From: Candidatus Eiseniibacteriota bacterium
GTDB taxonomy: Bacteria; Eisenbacteria; RBG-16-71-46; CAZAMP01
Direction of reading: 5' to 3'
Length of the DNA stretch: 64,000 bases
Assembly: GCA_965224245.1 (NCBI GenBank)
Contig: OZ245046.1
Location: 1,632,001 to 1,696,000 of the forward strand
Shown: one piece after another, positions 10,425 through 20,070 of the stretch
Layout of the letters: each line of letters opens with the position of its first letter
Position numbering within the stretch: the first letter of the stretch is position 1
The notes under the pieces: model-generated
Databases searched by the model: none
The model's input: only the letters and a program-made list of their open reading frames with translations
What the model was told of the DNA's origin: nothing
Translations under genes and position numbers: made by a program

Positions 10425-11227
10425 ATGCCCGAGGGCGACACGCTGCACACGATCGCGCGGCATCTCGATCAGACGCTGGCCGGGCGGCGGCTCGTGGATG
10501 GATCGCTGCGCGACCGACCCGACGTCCCGGTCGCCGGCCGGCGGGTCACGGCCGTCGACGTCCACGGGAAGCACCTGTGGATCGAGCTCGACGGGTCGCT
10601 CGTCGTGTGCTCACACCTGGGGCTCCACGGGTCGTGGCATCGCTACGCACGCGGTGAGAGGTGGCAACGCCCGCGACATCGCGCCGCCATCGTGCTGGTG
10701 ACCGAGCGCGACGGGGTGTTCGTGTGCTTCGACGCGCGCGAGGTCGCGCTGGTGCGAAAGGGCGGTGTTCGCGATCGCGCGAGTCGCTCGCGGATCGGGC
10801 CCGATCTGCTCGCACCGGACTGGGATCGCGACGAGGTGCGCCGGCGCGCGTCGCGGCACGGGTCGATCCCACGACCCGCGTCGTCGATCTCCTCCTGGAC
10901 CAACGCGTCGCGGCGGGAGTCGGCAACGTCTACAAGTCCGAGGTCCTGTTCCTCGAGTCCCTGGCGCCCGACCGCACGGTGGGGTCGATCTCCGTTCGAT
11001 CGCGCGACGCGCTCTTCGAGCGTGCCGCGTCGCTCCTGGCCGCGAACGTGGGTGGGGAGCCCCGCCGGACGCGTCGCGGCCCGTTTCGAGACGGACCGCG
11101 CTCGGGCGGACTCTGGGTCTACGGCCGCGCGCGACGCCCGTGCTGGCAGTGCGAGACCCCGATCCGGTCCGCCCCCATGGGGTGGGGACGCCGCATCACC
11201 TACTGGTGCCCGGACTGCCAGCGCTGA
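10425..11227 (+). CDS. nei: Fpg/Nei family DNA glycosylase/AP lyase, split by a 1-nt frameshift near 10860-10862
   Basis: N-terminal MPEGDT, HGKHL, HLGLHGSW in one frame. H2TH (LLDQRVAAGVGNVYKSEVLF) and Zn finger (CWQC…YWCPDCQ) in the other frame. Adding one G to GGG fuses them. Confidence 0.88.
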
Positions 11228-11331
11228 GCCCCGAGGTCCGTGTCCACGGCTGACCTCCGCCGCACGCCGTGGAATGTCTCCTGCATCGGCCGCCCGATGG
11301 CACGACCGGGAGACATCATCGGGAGGACATC

Positions 11332-12678
11332 ATGCGCCCTGTCTTCGTCGGGGGGCTCGCCACCGCCGCGTGCGCGCTCGCGCCGGCCGTTCTGGCCGGA
11401 AGCGTGGAGTCGACCGCCGCCTCGTTCCTCGACATCGACGTGAGCCCCAGGAGCGTGGCGCTGGCCGCCTCGGCGTCCGCCTCGCGCGGCGATCTGGCGT
11501 CCAGCCAGTGGAACCCCGCCGGTCTCTCGGACGTCCGGTCACCTCGGGTGGGCCTGATGCACGGCGCGTGGTTCGAGGGGCTCTCGCTGGAGTGGCTCGG
11601 GTACGGCATCGACGTCGGCGACCGCGGCGGCGCGGCCGTGGCGCTGACCTTCCTCCGGTCCGACGCGATCGCCCGCTTCGATGCGTTCGGCGAGCCCGAC
11701 GGCGAGTTCCACGTGTACGACGCGGCGCTGTCGGCCGGCTACGGACATCGCTTCGGAGACCGACTGGCCCTCGGTGTCACCGCGCGCGGCATCCGTCAGA
11801 GCGTGGACGGACGCGGTGCGTCGGGGTTCGCGGCCGACGTGGGCCTGTCCACCCGAGCCGGATCCACGAGCCTGTCCGCGGTGGCGCGGAACCTCGGCCC
11901 CGACGTCGACTTCGACGGCGACGCGGCGCCGCTTCCGACGACGTACGTCGTGGCGGCCGCGCAGCCGCTCCTCGGCGAGCGCGTGGTCCTGACGGGTGCG
12001 GCGAACCTCCCCGTGCACTACCACGACGATCTCCGCGTGGGCGCCGAGTGGATGGCCACGCGTCAGGTGGCGCTGCGGGCGGGCTATCGCTACGTGCTCG
12101 AAGCCGGAACCGACGATCAGCTGACCGGGCCGACCTTCGGCGTGGGGTTCGGCATGTCGGGGATCCGTCTGGACTACGCGTATCAGCCGTTCGAGGATCT
12201 CGGCGACACGCACCACATCGCGCTGACGATCGCGCTGAATCGTAGCGCCGCGACGCCCCGGCCGGCCGGGCGCGATGCGCTCGTCGACACCGCGCCGGAG
12301 CTGCCCGAGGACCGCGAGCCGGTTGCGGCGCCGCGCGCGCGCCGGAGCCCGGCTCCCGACGCACCCGCGGCGGTGGCGCCACCCGCGTCGAAGACGCCGG
12401 AAACGACGGCGAGCGCGACGCGGGTCGAGGCGGCCGCGCCGGCGTCCCGGACCTACGCGGTCGCGGCCGGCATACACGGCTCGCGCCTCTCGGCGCTGCT
12501 CGAGCTGCGCGCGCTGCGCGTGAAGGGCCTCGAGGGCGGCACCATCCGTCGCCTCGAGGATGGCCGGTACCGCGTCCTGATGAAGGAGTTCGATTCTCGC
12601 GAGAAGGCGGCCCGCTGGGTCTCCGAGCACCGTGCCTCGTTCGGGTTCAAGACGCTCGAGATCGTCGCGCTGGACTGA
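11332..12678 (+). CDS. PorV/PorQ (UPF0164)-family outer-membrane beta-barrel with Pro/Ala linker and C-terminal SPOR-like domain
   Basis: Signal peptide; FLDIDVSPRSVALA, WNPAGL, ALRAGY, RLDYAYQPFEDLGDTHHIAL; C-terminal YAVAAG…YRVLMKEFDSREKA; GGAGG RBS before ATG 11332. Confidence 0.72.
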   Translation: MRPVFVGGLATAACALAPAVLAGSVESTAASFLDIDVSPRSVALAASASASRGDLASSQWNPAGLSDVRSPRVGLMHGAWFEGLSLEWLGYGIDVGDRGGAAVALTFLRSDAIARFDAFGEPDGEFHVYDAALSAGYGHRFGDRLALGVTARGIRQSVDGRGASGFAADVGLSTRAGSTSLSAVARNLGPDVDFDGDAAPLPTTYVVAAAQPLLGERVVLTGAANLPVHYHDDLRVGAEWMATRQVALRAGYRYVLEAGTDDQLTGPTFGVGFGMSGIRLDYAYQPFEDLGDTHHIALTIALNRSAATPRPAGRDALVDTAPELPEDREPVAAPRARRSPAPDAPAAVAPPASKTPETTASATRVEAAAPASRTYAVAAGIHGSRLSALLELRALRVKGLEGGTIRRLEDGRYRVLMKEFDSREKAARWVSEHRASFGFKTLEIVALD

Positions 12679-12860
12679 GTGCCCGTCACGTGTCCCACTC
12701 GATGCTCGCGGGGCCCCGGGACCATCCGGTGGGCCGCGCGCCGTCGTCAGGGGGCCGTCGGTTGCCGCGCTTCGTCAGGCCGTGCTAGCGTCTCGCCCAG
12801 CCTCGCGTCTCGGGGCGAGTGGGCCGGTGGGGACGGCGGGCGGAAGGGACGGCACGGGCA

Positions 12861-13913
12861 ATGTCGCAGCGGATGGTGGTCACCGGCGGAGCGGGCTTCA
12901 TCGGGTCGCACGCCGCGGAGTACTTCGCCGATCGAGGATACCGGGTCCGCGTCGTCGACAACCTCTCCCGGGCGACGCTCCTCAAGCGCGACGACGTGAA
13001 CGCCCGCTTCAACTGGGACCATCTCGCCGCCCGGGGCGACATCGAGCTCGTCGAGGCCGACGTGCGCGACCGCGAGCGTACGATCTCGCTGCTGGCCGAC
13101 GCCGACGTCATCGTGCACGCCGCGGCCCAGACCGCCGTCACCACGTCGGTCACCGATCCCGAACCGGACTTCACCAGCAACGCCGTCGGCACGTTTCACG
13201 TGCTCGAGGCGGCGCGCCTGGGGGGCAAGCGCCCGATCGTCGTCTACTGCTCCACGAACAAGGTCTACGGCGAGAACGTGAACGCGATCGGCGTAAATGC
13301 CCGGGAGACGCGGTACGTGTTCGAGGACGCGTTCGCGCACGGCGTCCCCGAGAGCTTCTCGGTGGATCGATGCGAGCACACTCCCTACGGCTGCTCGAAG
13401 CTCACCGGCGACCTCTACGCGCAGGACTACGCGCATCTCTACGGCATCCGCACCGGGGTCTTTCGCATGTCCTGCATCTACGGAACGAGGCAGTTCGGGG
13501 TCGAGGACCAGGGGTGGTTGGCCTGGTTCACGATCGCCGCTCTCACCGATCAGCCGATCACGATCTTCGGGGACGGAAAGCAGGTTCGCGACATCCTCTG
13601 GGTCGAGGACCTCGTCCGGGCCTACGACGCCTTCATCCGTTCGGACGTGGCCCATGGCGTGTTCAACATGGGTGGCGGCCCGGCGAACACTCTCTCGCTT
13701 CTGGAGCTGCTGGAGATCCTGGGCGATCGAACCGGTCGACGTCCATCGCCCGCGTTCGCCGATTGGCGACCGAGCGATCAGAAGGTCTTCATCTCGGACA
13801 TCCGGCACGCCGAGCGCGTGCTCGGCTGGTCGCCGGCGGTCTCGCCCGCCGACGGCGTCGATGCGCTCGTCGACTGGGTCGAGGCGAACCGAGATCGCTT
13901 CCGTTCCCGCTGA
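12861..13913 (+). CDS. CDP-paratose 2-epimerase (RfbE)-like SDR epimerase
   Basis: TGGAGFIG, AAQTAVTTS, STNKVYG, TPYGCSK, FRMSCIYGTRQFGVEDQGW. Confidence 0.85.
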   Translation: MSQRMVVTGGAGFIGSHAAEYFADRGYRVRVVDNLSRATLLKRDDVNARFNWDHLAARGDIELVEADVRDRERTISLLADADVIVHAAAQTAVTTSVTDPEPDFTSNAVGTFHVLEAARLGGKRPIVVYCSTNKVYGENVNAIGVNARETRYVFEDAFAHGVPESFSVDRCEHTPYGCSKLTGDLYAQDYAHLYGIRTGVFRMSCIYGTRQFGVEDQGWLAWFTIAALTDQPITIFGDGKQVRDILWVEDLVRAYDAFIRSDVAHGVFNMGGGPANTLSLLELLEILGDRTGRRPSPAFADWRPSDQKVFISDIRHAERVLGWSPAVSPADGVDALVDWVEANRDRFRSR

Positions 13914-14085
13914 CCCGCGCGTTCGATCCCGTCAGCCACCCTCGTCTCGCCGTCCCGGTCGCGCTCGGCCGCCCGTCGAGGAACGCGACTTGCAGACGCC
14001 CCGAACGGCACCGGCGATCGCCGCCCGATCGCCCACGCACCCGACATGCCGCTCGGCCCACCTCTCGCAACTCGAGGACGAACGC

Positions 14086-15261
14086 GTGCGCCCACCGATC
14101 TTCGCCTCGGCCGTTCTCTGGCTCGCGTCGGCCGCCGGCGCCGGCGCCGAGACCTTCCAGCATACGATCACCGATCTGGATCGCGGTCACGTCTACGAGG
14201 TGCTCGTCAACGGCTCGGTGGCGGTCACCGACGCCGCGCCGGATCCGGACGGCGTCCTGCGTTTCGAGACCGATGCGGTGGGGTACGTCCAGGTCGTGCC
14301 GGTGGGTGAGGGAGACGCCGTGGCCCCCGGTGCGATGGGCGCGCCCGAGCTCGTCGACGTCGACGGCACGAGCGCCGTCGTGCGCTTCGTGGCCCCTGGC
14401 GACGACGGTCTCTCCGGGGTGGTCGACCGATACGACGTGCGCGCGAGCCTGGACTCGCTGGAGACGGTGGCCTGGCAGTTCGCGCGGATCCTGCCCCGGC
14501 CGCCGGGCACGGTGGCGGGGGGGGAGGTGCAGATCGTGACGCTCGACGGGCTCACGCCGGGGAGTCTCAACTACGTCGCGATGCGCCCCGTGGACGACGG
14601 CGGCAACCGGGGACCGATCAGCGCCGTGGTCGCCATCCGCGCCGAGGGCGAGGCGCCAGGCACGGGCGACGGGGCCGCCGTGGCCCCGCCGGGCGTCCCG
14701 CGGGCGCGGTTCCGGGACGGGTCGATCTTCCTGTCGTGGACGCCGAGCGCGGACCCCCGGGTCACCGGCTACCACGTCTACCGGCGCGAGGAGGACGGTG
14801 CGCGCGAGCGACTGACCGGACCGCCGCTGATCGAACCGGCGTTCACCGACGCGGCCGTGGTCGAGAACCGGGCCTACGTCTACCGGCTGACGGCCGTGGA
14901 TTCGGGGCTGAACGAATCGCCCCTGGGGGCCGAAATGTGGATCAGGGCCGCGCCCGAGGCGCCGCCGGCGCTCGTTCTGGAGCGCATCTACCCGAACCCG
15001 ATCCGGTCGGGCGCGGTGTTTCGGTTCTCGGTTCCCGAGTTCGGACCGGGCCATCCGGAGGGGATGCGGGTCACGATCGACCTCTACGACGTGGCCGGTC
15101 GCAAGATGACGCGCGTGCTCGACGAACACGTGTTTCCGGGGACCCGCGAGGTCAGCTGGCGGATGGGCACCGACGGACCGATGCTCGTTCCCGGCGTGTA
15201 CACCAGCGTGCTGAAGGCGGGACGCCACCTGACCCGGGAGCGCATCGCCGTCAGTCCATGA
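14086..15261 (+). CDS. Secreted fibronectin-III repeat protein with FlgD-Ig/T9SS-like C-terminal domain
   Basis: GTG start after GAGG; signal peptide; Fn3 motifs (APGDDG…YDVR; LSWTPS…GYHVYR; YVYRLTAVDSGLNES); CTD YPNP…IDLYDVAGR…PGVY. Confidence 0.75.
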   Translation: MRPPIFASAVLWLASAAGAGAETFQHTITDLDRGHVYEVLVNGSVAVTDAAPDPDGVLRFETDAVGYVQVVPVGEGDAVAPGAMGAPELVDVDGTSAVVRFVAPGDDGLSGVVDRYDVRASLDSLETVAWQFARILPRPPGTVAGGEVQIVTLDGLTPGSLNYVAMRPVDDGGNRGPISAVVAIRAEGEAPGTGDGAAVAPPGVPRARFRDGSIFLSWTPSADPRVTGYHVYRREEDGARERLTGPPLIEPAFTDAAVVENRAYVYRLTAVDSGLNESPLGAEMWIRAAPEAPPALVLERIYPNPIRSGAVFRFSVPEFGPGHPEGMRVTIDLYDVAGRKMTRVLDEHVFPGTREVSWRMGTDGPMLVPGVYTSVLKAGRHLTRERIAVSP

Positions 15262-15285
15262 CGCGGCGGCGGCGTCGGGGAGCCC

Positions 15286-16992
15286 GTGCCGGCGCGCATC
15301 GATGGGGCAGAGGTGAGCGTTCTGGAGCCGACGCCGTCGATCCTGTCGGACGAGCTGCCGCTCGTCGAGCTTCTCTCCGCGCCCGCGGCGCGGGACGCGG
15401 CGCGCGTGCTCGCCATGCACCTGGCCGAGCGATTCCGCGAGCGTGACGCGGTCGTCGCGACGGTCGATCCCCACGATGGACACCTCCGAGGCTGGCGTGC
15501 GCTCGCGGTCGGTCCGCCCGCGCCGCTGGACCTCGATCCGGTGGCGGTCCCGAGCGCGCTCGTGGGTGTCCTCGACGCGGACTCGTGCGTCCGCCGGTCG
15601 CTCGACCCGGGCGATCCCGCGGCCCTCGAGCACGACCGCGAGCTCCTGGCCGTCCGGCTCGTGCTGCCGTCCGACCGGGACCCGGGCATGTGCCCGCGCC
15701 TGGACTGTCCCGAGCGCTGCGGGCGCTTCGGCGTGTGCGGCGCGGGAACGCTCCCCCGGGGCGGGTGGACACGCGATCGGCTGACCTGCGGGCTTCTGCC
15801 CGTCGTCGGTCTCGTCGGTCTCGTTCGAAGGGCGGGCACGGCGCCGTTCGGTGGAGACGACCCGCCACACCTGGAGCGCCGGGCGGCGTCGGTCGCGCCG
15901 ATCTTCCGCGGCTACCGGTTCCAGGAGGCGTGGAGCGACGCCGAATACCTGCGGGAGGACCTCTTCGACAGCATGTCCGAGGCCATCCTGGCCACGAACC
16001 ACCGTGGGGACGTGCTCTTCCTGAACCGGGCCGCCGAGGAGCTCCTGGGCGTCGAGCGCCACGACGTGCTCGGTCGCCCGCTGGAATCGGTGTATCGCGA
16101 GCGGGACCGCCGCGTGGCCACGCCGCGCGAGACGCTCCGCTCTGGGCGCTCGGTGGTCCGCGTGGAGCGAACGCTCGTGCGGCCCGACGGTCGGGAGATA
16201 CCGGTGAGCGTGACGACGTCACCCATGACGGCGCGCGGGTGGGGGATCAGGGGCGCGGTGCTGTCCTTCGTCGACGCACGCGCGCGCAAGGCCATGGAGG
16301 CCGAGATCCAGCACCTCGATCGCCTGGCCACGCTCGGTCGGTTCGCGGCGGCGGTCGCGCACGAGATCCGAAACCCGCTCGGCGGCATCTCCGCCGGCGT
16401 GCAGTACCTGCGCACGACGGCGGCGCTGGACGCGGACAGCGCCGATCACCTTCGCTTCGTCGAGGCCGAGATCGCGCGACTCGATCGCATCGTGGGCGAG
16501 CTCGGCACCGTGACGCGGGTGCGGGTCCCCAGCCGCGTCCCGAGCCGACTCGACGTGCTTCTGGCGCGCGCGATCCACGCCTTCGAGCCGCTGGCCGCCG
16601 AACGCGACGTCGAGCTGTCGGCCACCGACTCCGACCTGGAGTTCGACCTGGACCCCGACCACATCCAGCAGGTCATTCACAACCTGGTGAAGAACGCGAT
16701 CGAGGCCTGCGCACCCGGCGGGCACGTGCGCGTCGCCTGTGACGTCGGCGAGGACGAGTCGCTCTCGGTGACCGTCACCGACGACGGGCCGGGCATGACC
16801 GCCGAGGTCATCGCACACATGTTCGAGCCGTTCTCGACCACCAAGTCCGCCGGGACGGGACTCGGGCTGTACCTCTGCCACAGCCTCGTCGAGGGGCACG
16901 GCGGCAGCATCGCCGTCACCAGCGCGCCCGGATGCGGGACCGAGGTGACCGTCACGCTTCCGGTACCCCGAACCGACGGGAGCTCGACATGA
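15286..16992 (+). CDS. PAS-domain sensor histidine kinase (NtrB/AtoS-like)
   Basis: PAS (FLNRAAEELLG), H-box AHEIRNPL, N-box NLVKNAIEA, DDGPG, GTGLGL; start uncertain. Confidence 0.88.
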   Translation: MPARIDGAEVSVLEPTPSILSDELPLVELLSAPAARDAARVLAMHLAERFRERDAVVATVDPHDGHLRGWRALAVGPPAPLDLDPVAVPSALVGVLDADSCVRRSLDPGDPAALEHDRELLAVRLVLPSDRDPGMCPRLDCPERCGRFGVCGAGTLPRGGWTRDRLTCGLLPVVGLVGLVRRAGTAPFGGDDPPHLERRAASVAPIFRGYRFQEAWSDAEYLREDLFDSMSEAILATNHRGDVLFLNRAAEELLGVERHDVLGRPLESVYRERDRRVATPRETLRSGRSVVRVERTLVRPDGREIPVSVTTSPMTARGWGIRGAVLSFVDARARKAMEAEIQHLDRLATLGRFAAAVAHEIRNPLGGISAGVQYLRTTAALDADSADHLRFVEAEIARLDRIVGELGTVTRVRVPSRVPSRLDVLLARAIHAFEPLAAERDVELSATDSDLEFDLDPDHIQQVIHNLVKNAIEACAPGGHVRVACDVGEDESLSVTVTDDGPGMTAEVIAHMFEPFSTTKSAGTGLGLYLCHSLVEGHGGSIAVTSAPGCGTEVTVTLPVPRTDGSST

Positions 16993-18431
16993 ACGCCGAG
17001 ATCGTCATCATCGACGACCAGGAATCGATCGCGCACTTCCTGTCCCGCGCGCTGAGCGACGACGGGCACGCGGTGCGGGTCGCGCACACGGCCGGCGAGG
17101 GGGTGCGCCTCGTCCGCGACGAGATGCCCGACGTCGTGTTCCTGGATCTGAAGCTCCCGGACGGAAACGGACTGGACGTCCTGCGCGAGATCAAGTCGAT
17201 CGCCGACGAGATCGAGGTCGTCCTGATGACGGCGTACGCGGACGTGGATTCGGCCGTGCGTGCGATGAAGGACGGCGCCACCGACTACCTGACCAAGCCC
17301 GTGAACCTCGAGCAGCTCCGGCTCATCGTGGCCAAGGCGCTCGAGCGCCGGGCGCTCTGGCGAGAGCTCCGGCACTATCGGGCCGAGCAGGATCGGCGTC
17401 TCGACGTCGACATGATCCGGGGCGAGAGCGCCCGGATGCACGAGGTGTTCGAGATCGTCGAGCGCGTGGCGGGATCGGACCTGACGAGCGTTCTGATCGA
17501 GGGCGAGAGTGGCACCGGCAAGCAGGTCATCGCGAGCCTTCTGCATCGCCTCTCACCGCGGCGCGCGCATCCGTTCATCGAGCTGAACTGCGCGGCGATC
17601 CCCTCCGAGCTCCTGGAGAGCGAGCTCTTCGGATACGAGAAGGGTGCATTCACCGACGCGAAGACGCAGAAGCCCGGACTCCTGGAGACGGCGGACGGCG
17701 GCACGCTCTTCCTCGACGAGGTCGGGGAGATGCCGCTCACGTTGCAGGTGAAGCTCCTGAAGGTCCTGGAGGGGATGACGTTCCGGCGCGTCGGGGGCAC
17801 CAAGGACGTGACGGTCAGCGTCCGGATCGTGTCCGCGACCAATCGCGATCTCCGAGCGCAGTGTCGCGATGGCGGCTTCCGGGAGGATCTCTACTATCGC
17901 CTGAAGGTGGTTCCGATCCACGTTCCCGCGCTGCGCGAGCGCGGCCGCGACGTACTGATCTTCGCGAAGTATTTCCTGCACCACTTCTCCAAGCAGTTCG
18001 GCCGTCGGTTCCGTGCGATCAGTCCCGAGGCCGAGGCGCGGCTCCTCGACCACGACTGGCCCGGCAACATCCGAGAGCTCCGGAACCTGTTCGAGCAGAC
18101 GGTGTTGCTAGAGGATGGCGAGGTGCTCGAGGCCCACCAGCTCCGGCTGCCGGGCCGTGCGGGCGCCGGCGGCGGTGACGGCCACGACGCCGACGAACGG
18201 GGTGGCGCGCTGGCGACGATCGCGCGTATCCTCCGCGACGAACGACTCCCGGAAACCGGCGTGGACTTCGAGGCCGTGATCGGCGAGCTGGAACGGCGCC
18301 TTCTCCTGGTGGCCTGCGAGCACACGAGCTGGAACCAGAGCCGGACGGCCCGCCTCCTCGAGCTCGGGCGCGACAAGCTGCGCTATCGGATGAAGGTGCA
18401 TGGCATCACGCGCGACACGAAGGCCGCATGA
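16989..18431 (+). CDS. Sigma54-dependent response regulator (NtrC/AtoC family)
   Basis: Receiver (IIDD, LDLKLPD), GESGTGK, ESELFGYEKGAFTDA, LFLDEVGE, WPGNIREL, Fis-type HTH; ATGA overlap with the kinase. Confidence 0.93.
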   Translation: MNAEIVIIDDQESIAHFLSRALSDDGHAVRVAHTAGEGVRLVRDEMPDVVFLDLKLPDGNGLDVLREIKSIADEIEVVLMTAYADVDSAVRAMKDGATDYLTKPVNLEQLRLIVAKALERRALWRELRHYRAEQDRRLDVDMIRGESARMHEVFEIVERVAGSDLTSVLIEGESGTGKQVIASLLHRLSPRRAHPFIELNCAAIPSELLESELFGYEKGAFTDAKTQKPGLLETADGGTLFLDEVGEMPLTLQVKLLKVLEGMTFRRVGGTKDVTVSVRIVSATNRDLRAQCRDGGFREDLYYRLKVVPIHVPALRERGRDVLIFAKYFLHHFSKQFGRRFRAISPEAEARLLDHDWPGNIRELRNLFEQTVLLEDGEVLEAHQLRLPGRAGAGGGDGHDADERGGALATIARILRDERLPETGVDFEAVIGELERRLLLVACEHTSWNQSRTARLLELGRDKLRYRMKVHGITRDTKAA

Positions 18432-18948
18432 TCTCCTCCTCGCCATCGGCGTGTGCGTCAGCCTGCTTTTAACATCCTGTACCTACTCGTTTTCCGGCGC
18501 GTCCGTACCAAGTCACATCAACACGATCGCGGTCAGCACCTTCCGCAACGACACGCTCCAGCCGAGCCTCGACCAGGACGTCACGAACGCGCTGATCGAC
18601 CTGTTCGCCAACGACAGCCGTCTGAACCTCGGAACCCCGGGCCAGTCCGACGCGGTCGTCGAGGGCACGATCACGCGTTACGACCACAGCGTGTTCGGTC
18701 TCTCGGGAACGGGTGATTCCAGCCTGGGGGCCCAGGCCGAGGAGTACCGGGTCACGCTGCAGGCCGCGGTCACCGTCAAGGATCGGGTCAAGGGCAAGGA
18801 CCTGTGGCGCAAGGATTCGATGGTGGTCTGGAGCAACTACCGGATCGACGGCAGCGGCGACGGGCCCACCAACGAGACCGAGGCGCGCGCCGAGGCCATC
18901 GACAAGCTGATCGAGGACATCCTGTCGAACACGCTGGAGGACTGGTGA
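18400..18948 (+). CDS. lptE: LptE-family LPS-assembly lipoprotein
   Basis: Lipobox LTSC followed by YSFSGASVPSHINTIAV..FRNDT; directly upstream of holA. Confidence 0.75.
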   Translation: MASRATRRPHDLLLAIGVCVSLLLTSCTYSFSGASVPSHINTIAVSTFRNDTLQPSLDQDVTNALIDLFANDSRLNLGTPGQSDAVVEGTITRYDHSVFGLSGTGDSSLGAQAEEYRVTLQAAVTVKDRVKGKDLWRKDSMVVWSNYRIDGSGDGPTNETEARAEAIDKLIEDILSNTLEDW

Positions 18949-20018
18949 TGGCGTACGCGCCGCGTCCCGGCTTCGACGTGCTGTCCAGGGAGCTGAAGGG
19001 GGGGAAGGTCCGCCCCGCATACCTCGTCTGGGGCGACGAGTCGTTCCTGATCGACCGAGCGGTGAGCGATCTGTGCCGGGCGGCGCTGGGTGAGGACGCC
19101 GACGACCCGTTCAACATGTCGCGCTTCGAAGCGGGCAACGCGACCCTCACCGATGCGCTTCGCGAGGCCGACGAGCTTCCGATGCTGCGCGAGCGGCGCG
19201 TGGTGATCTTCAGCGGGCTCACCTCACGCGATGCCTACGGATTCGCCAAGGTGCACGCGAAGAAGGCCGAGCGCGATCGGCTCGCGCATTACCTGTCGGA
19301 CCCGAACCCGACCACGGTGTTGATCCTGACCGGGTCGGTCGCGGACTACAAGCAGACGTTCCTCGTCGGATCGAAGGCGCTCGCGGTGTACCAGATGAAC
19401 GCCCCCGCGCCGGATCGTCTCCTGAAGTGGATCCCCGGCAAGGCGAAGGCCGAGGGCGTCGAGGTGTCCGACGAGGCCGCCGAGGCGCTCCTGGGCGCGG
19501 TGGGTCCGTCGATGCAGCTGTTGAGCCTCGAGATCGAGAAGCTCTCGCTGTATGCCGAGCCCGGCGCGCCCACGAGCGTGGAGACGGTCCGGGCGCTCGT
19601 CGAGGGGAGCTCGGATGACAGCGTGTTCGACGTCTCCGACGCGCTGGCGCGGGGCGACGTCCGATCGGCGCTGCGCACGATGCGACGCGTGGCATCGCTT
19701 CACGCCGACGGCGAGCTCCGGCTCCTGAACGAGCTCCGCCGGAGCGTGACGTTGTGGTTTCGGATCCGCGAACGCCTGGACCGCGGACAGACTGCGAAGC
19801 AGATCGCCGGCGCGCTGCGCGTGCCCGCGTTCATCGTGAATCGCAACCTGGCCGGCGCACGCCGACGCCCGGCCCCGGCCCTGCGCGCGATGCTGGGCGA
19901 GCTCCTGGCCATCGAGCGCCGGATGAAGCAGGGCACGGGAGACGTGGCCCTGGCTCTCGAGCTCCTCGTGCTGGACGGGGAGGCCGCCGTGGGAGCCGGG
20001 GGGAGGGGGGGGCGTTGA
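18948..20018 (+). CDS. holA: DNA polymerase III delta subunit
   Basis: PAYLVWGDESFL, LPMLRERRVV, LEIEKLSLY, VFDVSDAL; TGATG coupling to lptE. Confidence 0.88.
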   Translation: MAYAPRPGFDVLSRELKGGKVRPAYLVWGDESFLIDRAVSDLCRAALGEDADDPFNMSRFEAGNATLTDALREADELPMLRERRVVIFSGLTSRDAYGFAKVHAKKAERDRLAHYLSDPNPTTVLILTGSVADYKQTFLVGSKALAVYQMNAPAPDRLLKWIPGKAKAEGVEVSDEAAEALLGAVGPSMQLLSLEIEKLSLYAEPGAPTSVETVRALVEGSSDDSVFDVSDALARGDVRSALRTMRRVASLHADGELRLLNELRRSVTLWFRIRERLDRGQTAKQIAGALRVPAFIVNRNLAGARRRPAPALRAMLGELLAIERRMKQGTGDVALALELLVLDGEAAVGAGGRGGR

Positions 20019-20044
20019 CACCCGCGGCCGGTCGACGGTACGAT
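20015..20044 (+). promoter_or_regulatory. Sigma70-type promoter for trxA
   Basis: TTGACA (20015-20020), 18 bp spacer, TACGAT (20039-20044). Confidence 0.6.
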
Positions 20045-20070
20045 CGGCCGCGCATGCCTTATCGATTGTA

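Noticed and set aside
10851-10870. Programmed ribosomal frameshift in nei
   Set aside because: No X XXY YYZ slippery heptamer; a second similar indel elsewhere points to sequencing error
10863-12245. Long C-terminal extension of the 606-aa 'Nei' ORF
   Set aside because: Out-of-frame read-through after the frameshift; it overlaps the real PorV-like gene
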